Source: Haplodiscus bocki (taxonomy: Eukaryota). Taken from it: a stretch of 64,000 nt of DNA. The notes beneath the pieces were generated by a model, which saw only the letters and a program-made list of their open reading frames with translations, searched no databases and had not been told where the DNA came from. The stretch lies in contig OZ296649.1 of the NCBI GenBank assembly GCA_965655095.1, positions 29,636,001 through 29,700,000 on the forward strand, written 5' to 3'. Below are positions 23,825 through 35,800 of the stretch, one piece after another (position 1 is the first letter of the stretch; every line of letters begins with the position of its first letter). The position numbers and the translations under genes were made by a program.

Positions 23825-26800
23825 AAACCCCTCGTGTCCTGTTCTGTTATGCAAATTGATTGTCGTGTTTAAATCCACGCGAGCTTTCCTCTGAGCTCTG
23901 CTAACGTCACGTAGTCTTACCAAGCATTAAAAGTTTCATTCTTCTTTAAATTTTTTGACCTAGTTGGTGAATTTGTTGTTTCAGGTCTCGTCTTCCAGGT
24001 GCCATCTTGCGCTGCTGATGCTAATTGTGGATCCGTTGTCTTCCTGTTGGAGACACAACCTGACCATCTTCGCCTGTACCGTCAAACTGAAACCCTTCGC
24101 GTGTGCCTAGCTTTCGATTTCCATGGGCAGTCCTTATTTGTGCCGATGTCAACAATCTGGAGCCCGCCGAAGCCGATGACATCCTTTTCTATTAAAACAG
24201 AGCCAATGAATTTCAGATGCGTCCCCTGTCCGCTTCGCCCATCCCCACTTTAGTTGTGCCGGATGTTCGGCTTTTTGCGACTTTAACTTCTATGCTGACC
24301 CCATCCGTCTCCTGTTTTACCGACTCGACTGTCGACCGTGAATTTGTTGCCCTTCTCAAGGATACCGATGAACTGGATGACCTTCAAAATACTCTTGGCG
24401 CTGAAAGAGCGCTTTCTCCGCCTCGGAAACAAATTTCACCGCCTTCGGGAAAGATTGGATATCACGATGAAAGAATTAGAGGCGAAGGTTACTGAAAGCA
24501 ACATACTTGAACGGAATGCCAAGAACCTTAAAGCAAAACTGTGACTGATCTTCGACATGCAGTCAATCAACGAGATTCCGGCCATTTCTGGCGCCTTTGC
24601 AACCCGCGACCTATTTACGAATGGTGGAACTAGAATGATGCGAGGACCCATTTCGTTGAAGGAGTGGACTGTCCAACGGACTTGTTTTCATTTTTTTATC
24701 ACCTGTACATTTGTACGCACATACATATGAATCACTGTTTTTATGCAATTGCAGTAATATTCCAATCCCTTGATACAAAATAACGACTGGGAATAGGCCT
24801 GAAATCAAAAATGCATTTTTCTTTCTTTTATGTCGTCCCAACACGCTTTCATCACCTTTCTTCGTTCCCAATGAGTAATAGACTAAATGCACGTGACTTG
24901 TCACATGAGCTCACCTAAATCGATTTCCAGTTTCAGAATACCTTCGTATTGAAGTTTTTTCTTTGCAACTCATCCCTTATTTTAGCTGCCAATTCTTGTG
25001 CATCAAGTTAGACGCGTGAGCTCCTTACCGACAAATATCATGCTTTCTGGATTTTCTCTAGTGATCATACGAGCAGAAAACATCAACACTATAAACATTG
25101 CAACGATGTTTGGGTTTTTTTCGTCAAGTTGATTCATTTTTGCTTTTTTAACTGTTTTTTGATGACAAAATCAAACGTCTCAAGAAGAATTTTAGCAAGG
25201 TTTACTTGAACCAAAGGGCTTCCGCGGATGGGGACGCTGCACTACGTTACAGGCCCATTGGATCCGAAAAGATTATCTAATTTGGTTAAATCCTGGTTCA
25301 GTAAGGAATCTTCGTTGCATGGTCTTTCAACCAGCTGAGTGCCCCTTGTATCTTGTATCCTCAATATAAAAAAGCAGAAGGGGGAAGCAGTCGTTTCTTT
25401 AAAGAAAATTGAAGCAGTTTGGCCCTGGCAAAACGTTCATTTCGAGGAAAGCGTATGGTGTGTTTAGTTTTTGAAAAAATTAGTAACAATGTAATTCTCC
25501 GCTCATACCATTTAGTTTTGGAACCAGTGCTTCCATGAAAAAGTTCAGTTTCATTTCTCTGTTAAGAAAGTTACCTCGCAAACATCTCGTCTGCTGTTGG
25601 TTTTTATATGAATTGATTTGCGTGGTTAAATCCACCGTAGCTTTCCTCCGAACCCTGCTAACGTCACGTGGTCTTACCATACGTTACGACTTCTATTATT
25701 TTTTAGTTTTCTGACACAGAATTGATGAATTTGTTGTTTGAGGTCTTCTCTTTCAGGTGCATCTTGCGCCTCTGATGCTACTTGTGGATCCATTTTCTTC
25801 CTGTTGGAGCCACAAAGCGGTTATCTCCTTCGCCTGTACCGCCAAACTGAAACCCTTCGCGTGTGCCCAGCTTTCGGTTCCCAGGAGCAGTGCTTCTTTG
25901 TACCGATGTCAACAATCTGGAGCCCGCCGGATCGGATGACTTCCTTCGCTGTTAATACAGAGCCAATGAAATTCAGATGAGTCTCTTGTCCGCTTCGCCC
26001 ATCCTTCCTCTAGTTATTCCTGGTACTCGGCATTTTGCGAGGCTAACCTCTCCTATACCGACCCGATCCGCCTCATGTTTTACCGACTCGACTGTTGACC
26101 GTGAATTTGTTGCCCTTCTCAAGGATACCGATAAACTGGATTCCTTTCGAGTTTTGCTTGGCGCTGAAGGAGCGCTTTCTCCGCCTCGAAGACAAATTCC
26201 ACCGCCTTCGTGAAATTTTGGCGATGACGATGAAAAAACTAGAGATGAAGGTTATTGACAACACCATACTTGAACGGAATGCCAAGGTCCTTAAAGCAAT
26301 TCCTACTGATCTTCGACAAGATATTGACATTGAGGGTCTTGAAGCCGATCGTGGCTGAGTTTCAATGATACATGAGCCATGACATTGTGGCAACTTTGTA
26401 CCACAGATCCCTGATTTCTTCATAAAGTATACCCCTCTACTGTCTTCTACAGGCGTTTAGGTTGCAGCCGATATTCCTCCTTGCCGACGCTAAACAAAGT
26501 TCCATATTTTGATTCCTTCATGACATACCGACAAGCATCCACACTTCTACCTCTACATAGCTCAACGGCTCAATGATGTTCTATCAAAGTTTGTCTAACA
26601 ATCGCAGCTGGCGAAGATGGAATTGCTGTGCCATTAGTGCAGTTAACCGAAGCAATTAAGGTTATTTCTGTCGCCTTTGCAAGACCCGCCCCTAATACGA
26701 GTTGAGTGATGATCATTGGAACTAAAATAGTGCAAGGACCCTTTTCCTTGAAAGAGGGGACTTTGGAACGGACTTATTTTCAAACAATTTTTTCATCACC

Positions 26801-29800
26801 TGTGCAATTGTACGCACATACATATGAATCACTTTTTTTTATGCAATTGCAGTACTAATTCAATCCCTTGATGCAAAATAACGACTGCAAATACGCCTGA
26901 AATCAAAAAGTATTTATCTTTCTTTTAATTTGTCCCAACACGTTTTCATCACCTTTCTTCGTTCCCAATGAGTAATAGACTAAATGCACGTGACTTGTCA
27001 CATGAGCTCACCTAAATCGATTTGCAGTTTTAGAAAAACATCGTATTGAAGTTTTTTCTTTGCAACTCATCCCTATTTTAGCTGCCAATCCTTGTGCATC
27101 AAACTAGACCCGTAAGCGCCTTACCGACAAATATCTTGCTTTCTGGATTTTCTGTACTTATCATACGAGCAGAAAACATCAACACTATAAATATTGCAAC
27201 GATGTTTGGGTTTTTCTTCGTCAAGTTGATTCATTTTTGCTTTTTTACGATTTTTTGGTGACAACATCAAACGTTTTGAGACGAATTTTAGCCAAGTTTA
27301 CTTGAAACGAATGGCTCCATCGGATGGGGACGCTGCGCTACGTTATAGGCCCATTGGATTCGAAAAGATGATCTAATTTGGTTAAATTCTCGTTCAGTAA
27401 GGAATCTTCGTTGTATGGTCTTTCAACTAGCTGAGTGCCCCTTCTATCTTGTATCCTCAATATAAAAAAAGCAGAAAGGGGAAGCAGTCGTTTCTTTAAA
27501 GAAAATTGAATGAGTATGGCCCTGGCAAAACGTCGATTTCGAGGATAGCGTATAGTGTGTTTAGTTTTTTTTAAAAAAATAGTAACAAAGTACTTCTCCG
27601 TTTATACCATTTAGTTTTGGAACCAGTGCTTCCATGAAAAAGTTCAGTTTGTTTTCTCTGTTAAGAAAGTTACGTCGTGAACCCCTCGTGTGCTGTTGGT
27701 TTTTATATAAATTGATTTTCGTTGTTAAACCAACCGTAGCTTCCCTCCGAACTCTGCTTGCGTCGCGTGGTCTTAGCATACGTTACGACTTCTATTCTTT
27801 TTTAGTTTTCTGACACAGAATTGATGAATTTGTTGTTTGAGGTCTTCTTTTTCAGGTGCATCTTGTGCCTCTGATGCTACTTGTGTATCCATTTTTTCCT
27901 GTTGGAGCCACAAACCGGTTATCTCCTTTGCCTGTACCCTCAAACTGAAACCCCTCGCGTGTGCCCAGCTTTCGGTTGCCAGGAGCAGTCCTTCTTTGTA
28001 CCGATGTCAACAATGTGGAGCCTGGCGGATCGGATGACTTCCTTCGCTGTTAATACAGAACCAATGAAATTCAGATGAGTCTCTTGTCCGCTTCGCCCAT
28101 CCTTCCTCTAGTTATTCCGGGTACTCGGCTTTTTGCGAGGCTAACCTCTCCTATAGCGACCCGATCCGTCTCATGTTTTGCCGACTCGACTGTCGACCGT
28201 GAATTTGCTGCCCTTCTCAAGGATACCGATAAACTGGATTCCTTTGAATTACTCTTGGCGCTGAAAGAGCGCTTTCTCCGCCTCCAAAAAACAAATTCCG
28301 TCGCCTTCGTGAAATTTTGGCGATGACGATGAAAAAACTAGAGGCGAAGGTTATTGACAACGGCATACTTGAACGGAATGCCAAGGTCCTTAAAGTAATT
28401 CCTACTGATCTTCGACAAGATATTGACATTGAGGGTCTTGAAGCCGACCGTGGCTGAGTTTCAATGATCCATGAACCATGACCTTGTTGCACCTTTGTAC
28501 CACAGTTCCCGGATTTCTTCATAAAGTATACCCCTCAAAAGTCTTCTACAAGCGTTTAGGTTGCAGTCGATATTCCTCCTTGCCGTCGCTCAACAAAATT
28601 CCATACTTTGATTCCTTCATGTCATACCGACAAGCGTCCACACTTCTAGCTCCACATAGCTCAACGCCTCAATGAAATTCTATCAAAATTTGTCTGACAA
28701 TCGCAGCCGCCGAACATGCAATTGCTGTGCCCTTAGTGCAGTTGACCGAAGAAATTATGATTATTTCTGTCACCTTTGCAAGCCCCGCCCCTAATACGAG
28801 TTGTGTGATTATTCTTGGAACTAAAATGGTGCAAGGACCCATTTCCTTGAAAGAGGGGAGTTTGGAACGCACTTATTTTCAAACAATTAAACAGTTTTTT
28901 CATCACCTGTGCAATTGTTCGCACATACATATGAATCACTTTTAGTCCAACTGCAGTATTAATTCAATCCCTTGATGCAAAATAACGACTGGGAATACGC
29001 CTGAAATCAAAAAGTGTATATCTTTCTTTCAATTTGTCCCAACACGCTTTCATCACCTTTCTTCGTTCCCAATGAGTAATAGACTAAACGCACGTGACTT
29101 GTCACATGAGCTCACCTAAATCGATTTGCAGTTTTAGAATACCTTCGTATTGAAGTTTTTTCTTTGCAACTCATCCCTTATTTTAGCTGCCAATTCTTGT
29201 GCATCAAGTTAGACGCGTAAGCTCATTACCGACAAATATCATGCTTTTTGGTTTTTCTCTAGTCATCATACGAGCAGAAAACATCAACACTATAAATATT
29301 GCAACGATGTTTGGGTTTTTTTCGTCAAGTTGATTCATTTTTGCTTTTTTAACTGTTTTTTGATGACAAAATCAAACGTTTTAAGACGAACTTTTGCCAA
29401 CTTTACCTGAAAGAAATGGCTTCCTCGCATGTGGACGTTGCGCTACGTTATAAGCCTATTGGATCCGACAAGATGATCGAATTTGGTTAAATCTTCGTTC
29501 AGTAAGGAATCTTCGTTGTATGGTCTTTCAACCAGGTGAGTGCCCCCTGTATCTTGTATCCTCAATAAAAAAAGCAGAAGGGAACGAAGTCGTTTCTTTA
29601 AAGAAAAATTAAGGAGTTTCGCCCTGGTAACACGTTCGGGTCGAGGATAGCGTATAGTGTGTTTAGTTTTTTAAATTAGTAACAAAGTAATTCTCCGTTT
29701 ATACCATTTAGTTTTGGAACCAGTGCTTCCATGAAAAAGTTCAGTTTGGTTTCTCTGTCAATAAAGTTACCTCGCAAACCCCTCGTGTGCTGTTGGTTTT

Positions 29801-32800
29801 TATATAAATTGATTTTCGTGGTCAAATCCACCGTGGCTTCCCTCCGAACTCTGCTTGCGTCACGTGGTCTTACCATACTTTACGACTTCTATTCTTTTTC
29901 AGCTTTCTGACACAGAATTGATGAATTTGTTGTTTCATGTCTTCTCTTCCAGGTGCGTCTTGCGCTGCTGATGCTATTTGTGGATCCGTTTTCTTCCTGT
30001 TGGAGCCACAAACCGGTTATATCCTTCGCGTGTACCCTCAAACTGAAACCCTTCGCGTGTGCCCAGCTTTCGGTTCCCAGGAGCAGTCCTCCTTTGTACC
30101 GATGTCAACAATCTGGAGCCCGGCGGATCGGATGACTTCCTTCGCTGGTAATGCAGAGCCAATGAAATTCAAATGAGTCTCTTATCCGCTTCGCCCATCC
30201 TTGCTCTAGTTTTTCCGGGTACTCGGCATTTTGCGAGGCTAACCTCTCCTATACCGACCCGATCCGTCTCATGTTTTACCGACTCGACTGTTGACCGTGA
30301 ATTTGCTGCCCTTCTTAAGGAGACCGATGAACTGAATTCCTTTCGAATTACTCTTGCTGCTGAAATGAGCGCTTTCTCCGCCTCCAAAAAACAAATTCCG
30401 TCGCCTTCGTGAAATTTTGGCGCTGACGATGAAAAAACTAGAGTTGAAGGTTATTGACAACACCATACTTGAACGGAATGCCAAGTTCCTTAAAGCAATT
30501 CTTACTGATCTCCGACAAGATATTGACATTGAGGGTCTTGAAACCGATCGAGGCTGAGTTTCACAGTTCCTTTGTACCACAGTTCCCGGATTTCTTGATA
30601 ACAAAATTCCATGATCAGGTTCCTTCAGGCATACCGACAAGCATCCACACTTCTACCTCCACTTAGCTCAATGGCTCAATGAAGTTCTATCAAAATTTGT
30701 CTGACATTCGCAGCCGGCGAACATGGAATTGCTGTGCCATTAGTGCAGTTAACCGAAGCAATTAAGGTTATTTCTGTCGCCTTTGCAAGCCCCGCCCCTA
30801 ATACGAGTTGTGTGATCATTATTGGAACTAAAATGGTGCAAGGGCCAATTTCCTTGAAAGAGGGCATTTTGAAACGGACTTATTTTAAAACATTTTTTTC
30901 ATCACCTGTACAACTGTACGCACATCTATATGAATTACTTTTTTTATGCAATTGCAGTAATAGTTCAATCCCTTGATGCAAAATGACGACTGGGAATACG
31001 CCTGAAATCAAAATGTGTATATCTTTTTTTCAATTTGTCCCAACACGTTTTCATCACCTTTCTTCGTTCCCAATGAGTAATAGACTAAACGCACGTGACT
31101 TGTAACCTGTGCTCACCTGAATCGATTTGCAGTTTTAGAATAACATCGTATTGAATTTTTTTCTTTGCAACTCATCCCCTATTTTAGCTGCCAATCCTTG
31201 TGCACCAAACTAGACCCGTAAGCGCCTTACCGACAAATATATTGCTTTCTGGATTTTCTCCACTTATCATACGAGCAGAAAACATCAACACTATAAACAT
31301 TGCAACGATGTTTGGGTTTTTCTTCGTCAAGTTGATCCATTTTTGCTTTTTTACGTAATTTTGATGACAAAATCAAGCGTTTTAAGACGAATTTTTGCCA
31401 ACTTTACCTGAAAGAAATGGCTTCCTCGCATGTGGACGTTGCGCTACGTTATAAGCCTACTGGATCCGACAAGATGATCGAATTTGGTTAAATCTTCGTT
31501 CAGTAAGGAATCTTCGTTGTATGGTGTTTCAACCAGGTGAGTGCCCCTTGTATCTTGTATCATCAATAAAAAAAGCAGAAGGGGACGAAGTCGTTTCTTT
31601 AAAGAAAAATTAAGGAGTTGCGCCGTGGTAACACGTTCGGGTCGAGGATAGCGTATAGTGTGTTTAGTTTTTAAAAAAATTAGTAACAAACTAATTCTCC
31701 GTTTATACCATTTAGTTTTGGAACCAGTGCTTCCATGAAAAAGTTCAGTTTGGTTTCTCTGTCAATAAAGTTACCTCGCAAACCCCTCGTGTGCTGTTGG
31801 TTTTTATATAAATTGATTTTCGTGGTCAAATCCACCGTGGCTTCCCTCCGAACTCTGCTTGCGTCACGTGGTCTTACCATACTTTACGACTTCTATTCTT
31901 TTTCAGCTTTCTGACACAGAATTGATGAATTTGTTGTTTCATGTCTTCTCTTCCAGGTGCGTCTTGCGCTGCTGATGCTATTTGTGGATCCGTTTTCTTC
32001 CTGTTGGAGCCACAAACCGGTTATATCCTTCGCGTGTACCCTCAAACTGAAACCCTTCGCGTGTGCCCAGCTTTCGGTTCCCAGGAGCAGTCCTCCTTTG
32101 TACCGATGTCAACAATCTGGAGCCCGGCGGATCGGATGACTTCCTTCGCTGGTAATGCAGAGCCAATGAAATTCAAATGAGTCTCTTATCCGCTTCGCCC
32201 ATCCTTGCTCTAGTTTTTCCGGGTACTCGGCATTTTGCGAGGCTAACCTCTCCTATACCGACCCGATCCGTCTCATGTTTTACCGACTCGACTGTTGACC
32301 GTGAATTTGCTGCCCTTCTTAAGGAGACCGATGAACTGAATTCCTTTCGAATTACTCTTGCTGCTGAAATGAGCGCTTTCTCCGCCTCCAAAAAACAAAT
32401 TCCGTCGCCTTCGTGAAATTTTGGCGCTGACGATGAAAAAACTAGAGTTGAAGGTTATTGACAACACCATACTTGAACGGAATGCCAAGTTCCTTAAAGC
32501 AATTCTTACTGATCTCCGACAAGATATTGACATTGAGGGTCTTGAAACCGATCGAGGCTGAGTTTCACAGTTCCTTTGTACCACAGTTCCCGGATTTCTT
32601 GATAACAAAATTCCATGATCAGGTTCCTTCAGGCATACCGACAAGCATCCACACTTCTACCTCCACTTAGCTCAATGGCTCAATGAAGTTCTATCAAAAT
32701 TTGTCTGACATTCGCAGCCGGCGAACATGGAATTGCTGTGCCATTAGTGCAGTTAACCGAAGCAATTAAGGTTATTTCTGTCGCCTTTGCAAGCCCCGCC

Positions 32801-35800
32801 CCTAATACGAGTTGTGTGATCATTATTGGAACTAAAATGGTGCAAGGGCCAATTTCCTTGAAAGAGGGCATTTTGAAACGGACTTATTTTAAAACATTTT
32901 TTTCATCACCTGTACAACTGTACGCACATCTATATGAATTACTTTTTTTATGCAATTGCAGTAATAGTTCAATCCCTTGATGCAAAATGACGACTGGGAA
33001 TACGCCTGAAATCAAAATGTGTATATCTTTTTTTCAATTTGTCCCAACACGTTTTCATCACCTTTCTTCGTTCCCAATGAGTAATAGACTAAACGCACGT
33101 GACTTGTAACCTGTGCTCACCTGAATCGATTTGCAGTTTTAGAATAACATCGTATTGAATTTTTTTCTTTGCAACTCATCCCCTATTTTAGCTGCCAATC
33201 CTTGTGCACCAAACTAGACCCGTAAGCGCCTTACCGACAAATATATTGCTTTCTGGATTTTCTCCACTTATCATACGAGCAGAAAACATCAACACTATAA
33301 ACATTGCAACGATGTTTGGGTTTTTCTTCGTCAAGTTGATCCATTTTTGCTTTTTTACGTAATTTTGATGACAAAATCAAGCGTTTTAAGACGAATTTTT
33401 GCCAACTTTACCTGAAAGAAATGGCTTCCTCGCATGTGGACGTTGCGCTACGTTATAAGCCTACTGGATCCGACAAGATGATCGAATTTGGTTAAATCTT
33501 CGTTCAGTAAGGAATCTTCGTTGTATGGTGTTTCAACCAGGTGAGTGCCCCTTGTATCTTGTATCATCAATAAAAAAAGCAGAAGGGGACGAAGTCGTTT
33601 CTTTAAAGAAAAATTAAGGAGTTGCGCCGTGGTAACACGTTCGGGTCGAGGATAGCGTATAGTGTGTTTAGTTTTTAAAAAAATTAGTAACAAACTAATT
33701 CTCCGTTTATACCATTTAGTTTTGGAACCAGTGCTTCCATGAAAAAATTCAGTTTGGTTTCTCTGTTAAAGTTATCTCGCAAACCCCTCGTGTGCTGTTG
33801 GTTTTTATATAAATTGATTTTCGTGGTCAAATCCACCGTAGCTTCCCTCCGAACTCTGCTTGCGTCACGTGGTCTTACCATACTTTACGACTTCTATTCT
33901 TTTTCAGTTTTCTGACACAGAATTGATGAATTTGTTGTTTCAGGTCTTCTCTTCCAGATGCGTCTTGCGCTGCTGATGCCAATTGTGGATCCGTTTTCTT
34001 CCTGTTGGAGCCACAAACCGGTTATCTCCTTCGCCTGTACCCTCAAACCGAAACCTTTGGCGTGTGGCCAGCTTTCGGTTCCCAGGAACAGTCCTCCTTT
34101 GTACCGATGTCAACAATCTGGAGCCCGGCGGATCGGATGACTTCCTTCGCTGGTAATGCAGAGCCAATGAAATTCAAATGAGTCTCTTATCCGCTTCGCC
34201 CATCCTTGCTCTAGTTTTTCCGGGTACTCGGCATTTTGCGAGGCTAACCTCTCCTATACCGACCCGATCCGTCTCATGTTTTACCGACTCGACTGTTGAC
34301 CGTGAATTTGCTGCCCTTCTTAAGGAGACCGATGAACTGAATTCCTTTCGAATTACTCTTGCTGCTGAAATGAGCGCTTTCTCCGCCTCCAAAAAACAAA
34401 TTCCGTCGCCTTCGTGAAATTTTGGCGCTGACGATGAAAAAACTAGAGTTGAAGGTTATTGACAACACCATACTTGAACGGAATGCCAAGTTCCTTAAAG
34501 CAATTCTTACTGATCTCCGACAAGATATTGACATTGAGGGTCTTGAAACCGATCGAGGCTGAGTTTCACAGTTCCTTTGTACCACAGTTCCCGGATTTCT
34601 TGATAACAAAATTCCATGATCAGGTTCCTTCAGGCATACCGACAAGCATCCACACTTCTACCTCCACTTAGCTCAATGGCTCAATGAAGTTCTATCAAAA
34701 TTTGTCTGACATTCGCAGCCGGCGAACATGGAATTGCTGTGCCATTAGTGCAGTTAACCGAAGCAATTAAGGTTATTTCTGTCGCCTTTGCAAGCCCCGC
34801 CCCTAATACGAGTTGTGTGATCATTATTGGAACTAAAATGGTGCAAGGGCCAATTTCCTTGAAAGAGGGCATTTTGGAACGGACTTATTTTAAAACATTT
34901 TTTTCATCACCTGTACAACTGTACGCACATCTATATGAATTACTTTTTTTATGCAATTGCAGTAATAGTTCAATCCCTTGATGCAAAATGACGACTGGGA
35001 ATACGCCTGAAATCAAAATGTGTATATCTTTTTTTCAATTTGTCCCAACACGTTTTCGTCACCTTTCTTCGTTCCCAATGAGTAATAGACTAAACGCACG
35101 TGACTTGTAACCTGTGCTCACCTGAATCGATTTGCAGTTTTAGAATAACATCGTATTGAATTTTTTTCTTTGCAACTCATCCCCTATTTTAGCTGCCAAT
35201 CCTTGTGCACCAAACTAGACCCGTAAGCGCCTTACCGACAAATATATTGCTTTCTGGATTTTCTCCACTTATCATACGAGCAGAAAACATCAACACTATA
35301 AACATTGCAACGATGTTTGGGTTTTTCTTCGTCAAGTTGATCCATTTTTGCTTTTTTACGTAATTTTGATGACAAAATCAAGCGTTTTAAGACGAATTTT
35401 TGCCAACTTTACCTGAAAGAAATGGCTTCCTCGCATGTGGACGTTGCGCTACGTTATAAGCCTACTGGATCCGACAAGATGATCGAATTTGGTTGAATCT
35501 TCGTTCAGTAAGGAATCTTCGTTGTATGGTGTTTCAACCAGGTGAGTGCCCCTTGTATCTTGTATCATCAATAAAAAAAGCAGAAGGGGACGAAGTCGTT
35601 TCTTTAAAGAAAAATTAAGGAGTTGCGCCGTGGTAACACGTTCGGGTCGAGGATAGCGTATAGTGTGTTTAGTTTTTAAAAAAATTTATAACAAACTAAT
35701 TCTCCGTTTATACCATTTAGTTTTGGAACCAGTGCTTCCATGAAAAAATTCAGTTTGGTTTCTCTGTTAAAGTTATCTCGCAAACCCCTCGTGTGCTGTT

